Made by a program: the position numbers and the translations under genes
Shown: piece after piece, positions 1 through 8,926 of the stretch
Layout of the letters: the number at the start of each line of letters is the position of its first letter
How positions within the stretch are numbered: the stretch's first letter is position 1
DNA from: an uncultured Planctomycetaceae bacterium
Lineage (GTDB): Bacteria > Planctomycetota > Phycisphaerae > SM23-33
NCBI GenBank assembly: GCA_964385465.1
Contig: CAYLPJ010000011.1
Location: 185 to 64,184, forward strand
Reading direction: 5' to 3'
Length of the DNA: 64,000 nucleotides
Notes under the pieces: model-generated
The model's database searches: none
What the model saw: only the letters and a program-made list of their open reading frames with translations
Told to the model about the DNA's origin: nothing

Positions 1-225
1 GGCCAGGCTGCTGACCAGCAGCGTCTTGGCCAGGCCGGGCACGCCGACCAGCAGGGCGTGGCCCTGGCTGAAAATGCAGATCAGCGCCTCGTCGATGACC
101 TGGTCCATGCCCACGATGATCTTCCGCAGCTCCCCGAGGATGCGCTCGTGCGCCTCCCGCAGCTTCGCGACGGCCTGCTCGTCGTCGGGAACCTGCGCGA
201 TTCCCTGACTCTCCTGCTCTGCCAT
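1..225 (-). CDS. MoxR-family AAA+ ATPase, N-terminal 75 codons only (gene continues past the left edge)
   Basis: Minus-strand ATG at 225-223. The translation [75 protein letters not shown] carries the MoxR-type Walker A GVPGLAKT. It is absent from the ORF track because its stop lies outside the window. Confidence 0.8.
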   Translation of the reverse strand, partial: MAEQESQGIAQVPDDEQAVAKLREAHERILGELRKIIVGMDQVIDEALICIFSQGHALLVGVPGLAKTLLVSSLA

Positions 226-417
226 GACGTTCTCCGGCTAGTGGCGGTGTGTCGATTTCGAAAACGGCCCGCGAAGACCAGCGCCTCGCGGGCCGCAATG
301 TCATATACATGCAACCACCGCCCCCCCGCCGGGTTCCGCCGATCCGTCCCCTTCGACACCCGGGCGAGTCCCCGGTACAATCGACCGGACACCCCGCCGC
401 CCCCGGAGACCCACGCG

Positions 418-2403
418 ATGATGCCCGCCGCCCCGCTGCTGCTCGCCGCCGCCTGCCTTCACGCCGCCGGGCCTGCGCCGCCGGCCCTGCTGGAGCCCGC
501 CGACGGAGCCCGGCTCTGGATGGCCTTGCCCGGCTTCGCCTGGACCCCTGCCGCCGCCGGCGATCCGGCCGCCATGCCCGGCTACGTCATCCAGATCGCC
601 ACCGATGCCGCCTTCCGGGGAGTCGCCGACAAGGACGCCCTGCCGGCCGTCATCTGCCATTACGTGCCCGACCGGCCGATGCCTCCGGGCGCGTATCATT
701 GGCGCGTCGCGTGCGTGGATGCGGCCGGGCGCCGGGGGCCCTGGTCGCCGGCGCGAAGGCTGTCGATCCGGGCTCCCCGGGCCTTCGGCGTCCCGGCCGG
801 GGCGACCTTCGGCGACATCCGCGAGGTCGTCGCCGGGGCCGCCGCGGCGGCCCCGGCACGCGTGGTCTTCGACCGGGGAACCTACCGCCTGCACGTCGAC
901 GAGCCCCGGCCGCTGATCGAGCTGGCCGACGCCGCCGACGTGACGATCGACGGCAACGGGGCGACGGTGATCTTCGACAGCCCGGCCCCGATGGCCCGCT
1001 TCACCAACTGCCGCCGCACGCTGCTTTCCGGGCTGACCTTCGACATCCACCCGCCTGCCTACACCGCCGGGCGCGTCGTGGCGGTGAACTCCGCAGCCGG
1101 CACTGCCGACGCCGACATCCTCCCCGATCACCGCCTGCCGGACGCCCACCGGCGGTTCGCCGAGGACCGCAAGGGCATGGTCGTCTGTGAGACCGAGGGG
1201 TTCGCGATCAAACGCGGGGTGCGGCTGGTGGTCGCCCACGACGGCTTCGAGCGCCTTGGCGGCCGACGATTCCGCTTCCGCTTCGCCGATGCGGAGGCCC
1301 TCGGCCAGCTCGCGCGGGGCGACATCTACGTCCTGGACCCGCGATGGCAGCGCGATGCGGGAGGGGCCCCCCTGACCGTCCGCGGCGGCGAGCAGGTCGT
1401 CCTGTACGACCTCACCATCTTCTCGGCCGCCAACGAGTGCCTCAGCTCCTTCTACGCCGACCGCCATGCCATCCTGCACGTGCGGCTGCGCCGCAAGCCC
1501 GGGCGGGCGCTGTCTGTCAACAACGGCGGGAACAACCACCACAACGCCCGCCGCGGGCCCTGGATCGAGGGCTGCCTCTTCGAGAACACAGGCGACGACA
1601 TCTGCCACGTCAACGGCTACGCGATGTCCATCGCGGCCCAGCCCGCCGGGGACGTCATTCTCGTCCCCATCCGCACGCCCTACGATCAGTTCTGCCGCGA
1701 GGCGGCCCTGGACTTCCGCTCCGGCGACCGCCTGCTGTTCTACCACCGGGCGGCCGGTCGACTGCTTGGCGAGCGCCGCGTCCGGACGGTCGAGCAAGAG
1801 GGCAAGCTGCTGCGGGTCACGCTGAACCGGCCGATCGAGGGCGTCACGCCCGGGCCGATCCGCCCGGCCAGGAAGGGCCCCGCCGCGGCGGGCAACGCCG
1901 GGATCACCCGCCTGTTCAACGCCAGCCGGTCGTGCTGCCAGTTCGTGTTCCGGGACAACGTCGCCCGGCGCGGGCGGCGGATCGGCGTGCTGGCAAAAGG
2001 CGACGGTGGGTGGATCGAGGGAAACGTCTTCCAGGCCCTCGGCGGCGGCGGGGTGGAGTTCTGGAACGCGCCGTTCGAGGGCCCCGGCGCCGAGAACTAC
2101 GTCGTGCGGGGCAACCGCATCGTCCGCTGCCTGCGGCTGAGGAGGACCCACGCGGGGATCTGGTCCATCACGTTCCGTCCGGGACACGCGCGGCTGCACC
2201 GGAACCTGCTGATCGAGGCCAACGAAATCGTGGCCCCCCTCGGGCCGGCCGTCGATCTGGGCGACGCCGAGAACGTCGTCTTCCGCGGCAACCGCGTCGT
2301 GGACCCCCCGGCCGAAGCGTCGGGCGAGGACCCCGTTCGCTTCCGCAACGTCGGCGGGCTCCTCCGCGAGGGCAACGCGATCCGGCGGACCGGCGGGAGG
2401 TAA
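418..2403 (+). CDS. Secreted right-handed parallel beta-helix repeat protein with an N-terminal Ig/Fn3-like module (probable glycan-active enzyme)
   Basis: Lies in ORF 58..2403. The first sensible start is ATGATG at 418, giving the signal-like MMPAAPLLLAAACLHAAG. The C-terminal half has repeated beta-helix turns (EGNVF, RGNRIV, EANEIV, RGNRVV) and an NNGGNNHHN segment. The part of the ORF upstream of 418 is Arg/Leu-rich junk antisense to the MoxR gene. Confidence 0.75.
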   Translation: MMPAAPLLLAAACLHAAGPAPPALLEPADGARLWMALPGFAWTPAAAGDPAAMPGYVIQIATDAAFRGVADKDALPAVICHYVPDRPMPPGAYHWRVACVDAAGRRGPWSPARRLSIRAPRAFGVPAGATFGDIREVVAGAAAAAPARVVFDRGTYRLHVDEPRPLIELADAADVTIDGNGATVIFDSPAPMARFTNCRRTLLSGLTFDIHPPAYTAGRVVAVNSAAGTADADILPDHRLPDAHRRFAEDRKGMVVCETEGFAIKRGVRLVVAHDGFERLGGRRFRFRFADAEALGQLARGDIYVLDPRWQRDAGGAPLTVRGGEQVVLYDLTIFSAANECLSSFYADRHAILHVRLRRKPGRALSVNNGGNNHHNARRGPWIEGCLFENTGDDICHVNGYAMSIAAQPAGDVILVPIRTPYDQFCREAALDFRSGDRLLFYHRAAGRLLGERRVRTVEQEGKLLRVTLNRPIEGVTPGPIRPARKGPAAAGNAGITRLFNASRSCCQFVFRDNVARRGRRIGVLAKGDGGWIEGNVFQALGGGGVEFWNAPFEGPGAENYVVRGNRIVRCLRLRRTHAGIWSITFRPGHARLHRNLLIEANEIVAPLGPAVDLGDAENVVFRGNRVVDPPAEASGEDPVRFRNVGGLLREGNAIRRTGGR

Positions 2404-2455
2404 CTGCCGCGGTGCCTTCCCCGACCGCCGACGGCGTCCTATAATCCCACGAACC

Positions 2456-3421
2456 ATGACCGCCGACGCCACCAGACCGCGCGGGACGTTCCTCGCCGAC
2501 GTGCTCGCCAACGAGACGCTCTGCGAGGAGCACCTCCTCCTGCGACTCGCCGTCGAGGGCTTTCCCCCCAGCCGCCCCGGGCAGTTCGTCCAGGTCCAGT
2601 GCAACGAGCCCGCCGCGGATGCGCCCCGGCCGCGGGAGGTCCCCTGGGGCCCCGACACGCCGCCGAAGCTCACGGGCCCCGAGCTCACCGAAGCGCGCCC
2701 CCTGCTCCGCCGCCCCTTCAGCCTCGCCGGGCGACGCGACCGCCCCGACGGGCGAGCCGAGCTGGACCTCATCTACCGCGTCGTCGGGGCGGGAACGGCC
2801 TGGCTGGAAGGGCTCGCGCCCGGCCCGGCCGTCAGCGTCCTCGGCCCGTTGGGAAATGGCTTTGCGATCGACCCTGACCGCCCGGCCGCGGCGCTGGTCG
2901 GAGGCGGCGTGGGCATCCCCCCGATGCTCTACCTCGCCGAGGCGCTCACCGCGGCGGGCAAGGACGTCCAGGCCTTCTGCGGCGTCCGCAGCGAGCACCT
3001 GCTGCCCCTGCGTCTGACCGGCGAGGCCGAGGCCTCCCCTCTCGGCGAGCCGGCCATGTGCGTGGCGGAGTTCGCCGCCCACGGCGTCGAGGCCGCCATC
3101 GCCACCGACGACGGCTCGCTGGGCTGGCGCGGCCTGCTGCCCGACGCTCTCCGCCGGCGGCTGGACGACTCGCCCGCCGCGGCCGAGGGGCTGGTCGTCT
3201 ACACCTGCGGCCCGGAGGCCATGATGCGTGCGGTCGGCGAACTGTGCATCGAGCGAGGCATCCCCTGCCAGGTCGCCCTCGAGCGTCACATGGCCTGCGG
3301 CATGGGCACGTGCCAGTCCTGCGTCTTCCGCATGCGGGCCGACAACGAGCAGGGCTGGACCTACCGCCTGGTCTGCACGGACGGCCCCGTCTTCGACGCC
3401 CGCGACGTGCTCTGGGACTGA
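2456..3421 (+). CDS. PyrK-like FAD/NAD(P)-binding oxidoreductase with a C-terminal 2Fe-2S site (dihydroorotate dehydrogenase electron-transfer subunit family)
   Basis: Has the RRPFSL flavin motif, the GGGVGIPP dinucleotide motif and the C-terminal cluster CGMGTCQSC...C. Protein-like composition throughout. Confidence 0.8.
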   Translation: MTADATRPRGTFLADVLANETLCEEHLLLRLAVEGFPPSRPGQFVQVQCNEPAADAPRPREVPWGPDTPPKLTGPELTEARPLLRRPFSLAGRRDRPDGRAELDLIYRVVGAGTAWLEGLAPGPAVSVLGPLGNGFAIDPDRPAAALVGGGVGIPPMLYLAEALTAAGKDVQAFCGVRSEHLLPLRLTGEAEASPLGEPAMCVAEFAAHGVEAAIATDDGSLGWRGLLPDALRRRLDDSPAAAEGLVVYTCGPEAMMRAVGELCIERGIPCQVALERHMACGMGTCQSCVFRMRADNEQGWTYRLVCTDGPVFDARDVLWD

Positions 3422-3425
3422 AACA

Positions 3426-4925
3426 TCAGTCCGCCGGCCAGGTGGTCGCCTCGGCCGCACCGATCAGCAGGTCCGCCACGTCCTCCTGGAGTGCCTTCGC
3501 GGGCGCGATCCCGCCGCGGATGTCGTTGACCAGCACCGCGAAGGCGTAGCGCGGACGCGACGACGTATCCAGCACGTATCCGCTGAGGCACGAGACGCCG
3601 TAGATGTAGCCCGTCTTGGCCAGCACGCGCCCCTTGGCGGCCCCGCCGCGGAACCGCCGCCGCAGCGTGCCGTCCACCCCCGCGATCGGCAGCGAGTGCA
3701 GCAGCACCGCCGCGTCGTCGCGTACCGCCACGTGGGCCAGCACGCACGTCAGCGCCGCCGGCGTCACGCGATTGCGGCGGCTGAGCCCGCTGCCGTCGGC
3801 AACGCGGAGGCTCCCGGCCGTGAGGGAAAACCGCTCGGTGAGCGTCCGGGTCATCAGCTCGGCCGAGCCCGCCCACGTGCCGTCGCCGGCCCGAAGGAAC
3901 ACCGCCTCGGCGGCCATGTTCAGGCTCCGCTTGTTCGAGCGCCACAGGGCCACGTAGAGCGGCGTGGCGGTCCTCCCGGCCTCGGTGGCGCGGGACCAGT
4001 CAACCGCCGCCGCCACCCGGCGGACCTCGCCGCGGACCTCCACGCCGGCGCGGCCGAGCCGGTCGGCGAACACCCGCCCCAGCAGCAGCGACGGGCTCTC
4101 GGCGGCAACGCTCACCGGGTCGCCCCCCACCCGGCCGGCCGTGCCGGTCAGCAGCAGCACCGTCCCCCCGTCCTGCTCCCGCAGAGACCAGAGGTTTCGC
4201 CGCCCGCCTCGCAGGCGGTCGACCACGCGGACGAAGCGGCTCCGCGGGGCCACGACCGGCCTCACCCCGCCCGACGGCGAGCGAACGAACGTCACGTCCC
4301 AGCAGTTGTTGTGGAAGTTCAGCGGCCCGACGGGCGCGGCATACCAGCGGTAGTGCTGGTTCGCAGGCCAGTCGGGGTGTCGGCCCTCGGCGGCGGCGGG
4401 GCAGAAGACCAGCACGTCGCCGACGGCCTCGCCGGCGGCGCGGCGGACGCCGGCGGCCCAGCGATCGAGGGCGGCGTAGACGCTCCGCTCGGCGGCGTCG
4501 GCCAGGCGGGGGTCGCCGAGGGTCGGGTCGTACTCGCCGGCCAGAATCACGTTGCCGTCCAGTACGAACGCCCCGGTGACGAAGCGGAACTCCCTGCCGA
4601 GCCGGGCCATCGCGAACGCGGCCGTCAGGAGCTTCTGGTTGCTGGCGGGGATGAACGGCTCGCCGGCGCGGACGCCGACGACGGCCTTGCCGGCGGCGAG
4701 GTCCACGACGGAGACGCCTGCCCGCCCCCCGCCGGCGCGGGTCAACCGGCCGGCCAGGGCGGCGACGCGCTGCTGGAGACCGCCCTCGGCGGGGGCCGCG
4801 ACGGCGACCGCGGCGATCAGGGCGACGGCGAGTGGGAAGGCCCGCGGCCGGCGGCGCCGCCGGCCTGCGGGAACGCGTGGCGAGCTGCCAGCCCCGCCGT
4901 CGGCCCTGTACGTCCCTTCCGCCAT
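3426..4925 (-). CDS. dacB: D-alanyl-D-alanine carboxypeptidase/endopeptidase, PBP4 family (peptidase S13)
   Basis: All three PBP4 motifs are present: SxxK (IPASNQKLLT), SxN (DGSGLSRRN) and KTG (LAKTGYI). Start MAEGTYR at 4925-4923 is followed by the signal-like AFPLAVALIAAVAVAAPA. The rest of track ORF 3426..5747 is off-frame shadow over pfk. Confidence 0.85.
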   Translation of the reverse strand: MAEGTYRADGGAGSSPRVPAGRRRRRPRAFPLAVALIAAVAVAAPAEGGLQQRVAALAGRLTRAGGGRAGVSVVDLAAGKAVVGVRAGEPFIPASNQKLLTAAFAMARLGREFRFVTGAFVLDGNVILAGEYDPTLGDPRLADAAERSVYAALDRWAAGVRRAAGEAVGDVLVFCPAAAEGRHPDWPANQHYRWYAAPVGPLNFHNNCWDVTFVRSPSGGVRPVVAPRSRFVRVVDRLRGGRRNLWSLREQDGGTVLLLTGTAGRVGGDPVSVAAESPSLLLGRVFADRLGRAGVEVRGEVRRVAAAVDWSRATEAGRTATPLYVALWRSNKRSLNMAAEAVFLRAGDGTWAGSAELMTRTLTERFSLTAGSLRVADGSGLSRRNRVTPAALTCVLAHVAVRDDAAVLLHSLPIAGVDGTLRRRFRGGAAKGRVLAKTGYIYGVSCLSGYVLDTSSRPRYAFAVLVNDIRGGIAPAKALQEDVADLLIGAAEATTWPAD

Positions 4926-6016
4926 CAGTCGCCGAAGCACGTGCCCAGCGCGCGGGCGGCCTGGAGCAGCGGGTAATCCGGTGGGATGGTCCGGACCTTG
5001 CGGGCGACGTCCTTGATCGGCACCGAGTCGAGCTTGCCGTCCTTCTCCACCACCATGCGGTCCAGCCGACCGGTCTTGAGCAGCTCGAACGCGTAGTAGC
5101 CGAACCCGGTCGCCAGCACGCGGTCGTACGGCGTCGGCGTGCCCCCCCGCTGCACGTGACCCAGCACGATCGCCCGGCTTTCCAAGCCGGTAAGGCGGCC
5201 GATCTCGTCGGCCACCCACTTGCCCACCCCGCCGAGGCGGATCGGGTCCGGCGAGGTCTCGTCGACGTGATCGACGAACTGCTCGCCGCCGGCCGGCGTG
5301 GCGCCCTCCCCGACAGCCACGATCGTAAACCCCCGCCCGCGCTGCGAACGCTCCTCGCACTTGCCCGCCACCTTGGCGATGTCGAAGGACACTTCCGGAA
5401 TCAGGATGCAGTCCGCCCCCGACGCCACGCCCGCGTGCAGGGCCAGCCAGCCGGCGTAGCGGCCCATCAGCTCCACCACCATCACCCGGTGATGGCTGCT
5501 CGCCGTCGTGTGGACCTTGTCCAGCGCGTCCGTGGCGGTCGTCACGGCCGTGTCGTGACCGAACGTCACGTCCGTCGCCCACAGGTCGTTGTCGATGGTC
5601 TTGGGCACGCCGACCAGCCGCAGGCCGCGATCGAGCAGCTCGGCCGCCCCGCTCATCGTGCCGTCCCCGCCGATGACCACGATCGCGTCGAGCTCCTCGC
5701 GCATGCACGTCTCGACGACGCGGTCGCGGACGTCCTTGACCACCCACTCGCCGCTGTCCAGCACGCGGTGGGCGGCGGGATTGGCCTTGTTGCAGGAGCC
5801 CAGGATCGTCCCGCCCCGGGTGAGAATGCCACTGACGTCGTCGTAGCTCAGCGGGCGCAGGCGGTTCTCGATCAGCCCGAGGTAGCCGTCGGCAATACCC
5901 ACCACCTCCAGCCCGCCGCTCAGCGCGGGCTTGGCCACCGCGCGGATCACGGCGTTGAGCCCGGGGCAGTCGCCCCCGCCGGTCAGGATGCCGATTCGCT
6001 TCAGTTCCTTGCCCAT
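4925..6016 (-). CDS. pfkA: 6-phosphofructokinase (ATP/PPi PFK family)
   Basis: Motifs IGILTGGGDCPGLNAVIR, VVIGGDGT, PKTIDNDL and MGRYAGWLAL. A GGAGGAGG Shine-Dalgarno lies just upstream of the ATG at 6016. Confidence 0.92.
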   Translation of the reverse strand: MGKELKRIGILTGGGDCPGLNAVIRAVAKPALSGGLEVVGIADGYLGLIENRLRPLSYDDVSGILTRGGTILGSCNKANPAAHRVLDSGEWVVKDVRDRVVETCMREELDAIVVIGGDGTMSGAAELLDRGLRLVGVPKTIDNDLWATDVTFGHDTAVTTATDALDKVHTTASSHHRVMVVELMGRYAGWLALHAGVASGADCILIPEVSFDIAKVAGKCEERSQRGRGFTIVAVGEGATPAGGEQFVDHVDETSPDPIRLGGVGKWVADEIGRLTGLESRAIVLGHVQRGGTPTPYDRVLATGFGYYAFELLKTGRLDRMVVEKDGKLDSVPIKDVARKVRTIPPDYPLLQAARALGTCFGD

Positions 6017-6181
6017 CGTGCCTCCTCCCGAAGCCGGGCCGTCACCCGCCGCCCGTCACCTGTCGTCCGTGGCCGGTGGCCGGTGGCCAGGCAGAGGCTC
6101 ACGCCGCCTTCCGGCCCGGAGCCGACACCGGCCAGGAGACCCTAGCACATGGCCCCATCGTCGAACAGGGAAATTGCTTCA

Positions 6182-6210
6182 TTGGCCCCCCGTCCGGTCC
6201 GATATATCAT
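6182..6210 (+). promoter_or_regulatory. Candidate sigma70-type promoter for the PilZ gene (TTGGCC-N17-TATCAT)
   Basis: -35 at 6182-6187 and -10 at 6205-6210, in a locally AT-richer patch about 35 nt upstream of ATG 6244. A GGTAGGAGG Shine-Dalgarno follows. Confidence 0.3.
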
Positions 6211-6243
6211 GGATTGAACGTCCCCGGGTAGGAGGCCCCGAAG

Positions 6244-6567
6244 ATGACCCCGGCGCCCGCCGCCGAACGACGCATGCATGCCCGCCACCCGCTGGCCACC
6301 AGTGTGAGGTTCTACCACGGCCCCAGCCAGCGAGACTTCCCCGCACGGTGCGTCAACATCTCACTCGGCGGGGTCAAGATGAGCGTCCCGGCCTCGGCGC
6401 CGGTCCAGCCCGGCCAGCCCGTCCGCCTGTCCCTCGCCGGCCTCAGCCGCCCGGAATTCGCCGGCCTGCGCGACAAGCCTTTGGACGGCACGATCGTCCG
6501 CGTCGACCGCCGCGCCCTCATCCAGGACGGCAACCTCGCCATCGGCATCCGCTTCGCCCAGGCGTGA
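6244..6567 (+). CDS. PilZ-domain protein (putative c-di-GMP receptor)
   Basis: Single-domain protein of 107 aa with both PilZ signatures: RxxxR (RMHAR) and D/NxSxxG (NISLGG). Confidence 0.75.
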   Translation: MTPAPAAERRMHARHPLATSVRFYHGPSQRDFPARCVNISLGGVKMSVPASAPVQPGQPVRLSLAGLSRPEFAGLRDKPLDGTIVRVDRRALIQDGNLAIGIRFAQA

Positions 6568-6676
6568 CCGACCCAAGCGCCGCGCCCGACCTCCCGTGTA
6601 GGCGGCCCCGGAGCCGGCCGGCGGCGGGGCCTCACCTCCCCGCGGCATCACACAGTGCAAACCCCGACACAACCCC

Positions 6677-6705
6677 TTGACCGCCCGCCGCCGTCCGGGT
6701 ATAAG
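6677..6705 (+). promoter_or_regulatory. Candidate promoter of tRNA-Arg (TTGACC-N17-TATAAG)
   Basis: Near-consensus -35 at 6677-6682 and -10 at 6700-6705, about 50 nt upstream of the tRNA 5' end. Confidence 0.5.
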
Positions 6706-6755
6706 GGCGAAATCGGCCCTCGGGCGCCCAGCGACCCCGAGCCGCCGACCGACGA

Positions 6756-6829
<74 letters not shown>

Positions 6830-6845
6830 GTTCTTTCCTGCCGGG

Positions 6846-6863
6846 CCGGCACGATCGTGCCGG
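6846..6863 (+). terminator. GC hairpin downstream of tRNA-Arg
   Basis: Perfect 18-nt palindrome CCGGCACGATCGTGCCGG, 17 nt after the tRNA. No U-tract follows. Confidence 0.3.
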
Positions 6864-7187
6864 TCCGTCGCTTTGCGCAGGCCGCTTCGGGCGAAGCCGT
6901 TATGAATGATGCGCGGTTCCGGTGCGGCTTGAGGTCTTCCGGGGTGCTCGTCCTTCTCGCCAAGGCCGCGCTCGCCGCCGGCGATCCGCCGGCGGGCGCC
7001 GATGGCGGCGGGCAAGGCCCTCGTCGCGCGGCTGCCGGAGACGCTGGGCGGCGGCGAGGCCATGCCCGAGCACATCAGCTCGATGACGTCGGCATACGGC
7101 AAGGCCGGCGCCGAATACGACCAGGCCCACCCGCGGTCGAGGTCGGGCCTCCTTGCGGCGGATGGGGCGACCGTTCGACGTGACGGG

Positions 7188-7216
7188 TTTACACGCCGGC
7201 CGTTCGCGGAGAGAAT
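7188..7216 (+). promoter_or_regulatory. Candidate promoter of the symporter gene (TTTACA-N17-GAGAAT)
   Basis: -35 at 7188-7193 and -10 at 7211-7216, about 50 nt upstream of ATG 7268. A GGAGG Shine-Dalgarno lies 8 nt before the start. Confidence 0.4.
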
Positions 7217-7267
7217 GTCCTGCCGGCGGATCGGGCATTCTCGCGGACACGTGCGTGGAGGCGTGAG

Positions 7268-8926
7268 ATGAGCGGCTTGGCGACGCTGGACTGGATCGTG
7301 ATCGGGGCGTACTTCGCGGCTGTGGCGGGGATCGTGTGGTGGTCGTCGCGGCGGCAGAAGTCGTCGGAGGACTACTTCCTGGCCGGGCGCAACATCGGGT
7401 GGTTCGTCATCGGCGCATCGCTGTTCGCCTCGAACATCGGCTCGGAGCACATCGTCGGCCTGGCCGGGTCGGGGGCCGAGAGCGGCATGGCGATGGCGCA
7501 CTACGAGCTGCACGCCTGGTGCCTGCTTGTGCTCGGGTGGGTGTTCGTGCCCTTCTACAGCCGCGCGGCCGTGTACACCATGCCGGAGTTCCTGGAGCGC
7601 CGGTACAACCCGACGGCGCGTTGGATTCTCACGCTGGTGAGCCTGATCGCGTACATTTTCACGAAGGTCAGCGTGACGGTCTACGCCGGCGGGATGGTGT
7701 TCCAGACGCTGTTTCCCGAGTCGCGGCTGGCCCTGGGCCCGGTCGTGCTGGACGCCTTCTGGATCGGCGCCCTGGCCACCGTGCTGCTGACGGGCATCTA
7801 CACGGTCCTGGGCGGACTGCGAGCGGTGGTCTACACCGACGCCCTCCAGGCCGTCGTGCTGATCGTCGGCTCGGTCTGCATCACCGCCATCGGGCTGTAC
7901 ACTCTCGGCGGCTGGGGCGAGCTGCGCCGCCTGGTCGGCTCGGAGCACCTCAACATGTGGCGTCCGGCCAGCGACCCGGACTTCCCCTGGCCGGGCATTC
8001 TCTTCGGGGCACCGATCGTCGGCCTGTGGTACTGGTGCACGGACCAGTACATCGTCCAGCGGACGCTGGCGGCGAGGAACATGCAAAGCGCCCGTCGCGG
8101 GACGATCTTCGGGGCGTACCTGAAGCTCTCGCCGGTCTTCCTGTTCATCGTGCCGGGCATGATCGCCTTCGCCCTGGCCAAGAGCGGGAAGCTGGAGTTC
8201 GAGCACAGCGACGAGGCCTTCGCATCCCTCGTCCAGACGCTGCTGCCGGTGGGCCTCCGCGGGCTGGTCGTCGGCGGGCTGCTGGCCGCGCTGATGAGTT
8301 CGCTGTCCAGCCTGTTCAACTCCTGCTCGACGCTGTTCACCGTCGACATCTACGAGAAGATCCGCCCGTCGGCCTCGGAGCGCGAGCTGGTCCGCGCCGG
8401 GCGGGTCGCCACGGCCGCCGTGGTCGTCCTCGGCGTGCTCTGGATCCCCCTGATGAAGCTCGTGCCCGGCTCGCTCTACAAGTACCTCCAGAGCGTCCAG
8501 GCATACCTCGGCCCGCCGATCACGGCCGTGTTCTTCCTCGGCATCTTCTGGCGGCGGATCAACGGCTTCGGCGCGGTGGCGGGCCTGGCCGTCGGGTTCC
8601 TGCTGGGACTGAGCAAGCTGGGCTGCCAGGTCATCGCGGGGATGGAGGGCTCGGCGGTGTGGATGCCCGAGCTGCTGCGGGCGTTCGGCGAGGCCCAGTT
8701 CCTCTACTTCTGCCTGGTGCTGTTCGGCATCAGCGTGGCCGTGGTCGTGCTCGTGAGCCTGCTGAGCCCGCCGCCCCCGGCGGACAAGCTGAACGGCCTG
8801 ACCTTCGCCACCGTCAACGCCGAAGGCCGACTCGAGGCCCGAAAGAGCTGGAACGCCTGGGACGTGGTCAACACCTGCATCATCCTCGGCGTGATCCTGG
8901 CGGTGTATCTCTACTTCACGGGCTGA
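7268..8926 (+). CDS. Sodium:solute symporter family (SGLT-like sugar transporter)
   Basis: 552-aa polytopic protein. The N-terminus DWIVIGAYF...EDYFLAGRNIGWFVIGASLFASNIGSEHIVGLAG is the typical SSF signature region. Confidence 0.9.
   Translation: MSGLATLDWIVIGAYFAAVAGIVWWSSRRQKSSEDYFLAGRNIGWFVIGASLFASNIGSEHIVGLAGSGAESGMAMAHYELHAWCLLVLGWVFVPFYSRAAVYTMPEFLERRYNPTARWILTLVSLIAYIFTKVSVTVYAGGMVFQTLFPESRLALGPVVLDAFWIGALATVLLTGIYTVLGGLRAVVYTDALQAVVLIVGSVCITAIGLYTLGGWGELRRLVGSEHLNMWRPASDPDFPWPGILFGAPIVGLWYWCTDQYIVQRTLAARNMQSARRGTIFGAYLKLSPVFLFIVPGMIAFALAKSGKLEFEHSDEAFASLVQTLLPVGLRGLVVGGLLAALMSSLSSLFNSCSTLFTVDIYEKIRPSASERELVRAGRVATAAVVVLGVLWIPLMKLVPGSLYKYLQSVQAYLGPPITAVFFLGIFWRRINGFGAVAGLAVGFLLGLSKLGCQVIAGMEGSAVWMPELLRAFGEAQFLYFCLVLFGISVAVVVLVSLLSPPPPADKLNGLTFATVNAEGRLEARKSWNAWDVVNTCIILGVILAVYLYFTG

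Noticed and set aside
6830-7267. A possible integration hotspot, genomic island or integrase remnant next to tRNA-Arg, in a 438-nt non-coding stretch. Also includes ORF 7002..7271.
   Set aside because: There is no integrase or recombinase gene or fragment that I can recognise, and I noticed no direct repeat of the tRNA 3' end downstream. The flanking genes (PilZ/PFK on one side, symporter/GH5 on the other) have the same composition. The 89-aa ORF is Arg/Gly-rich, lacks a Shine-Dalgarno, and overlaps the candidate symporter promoter.
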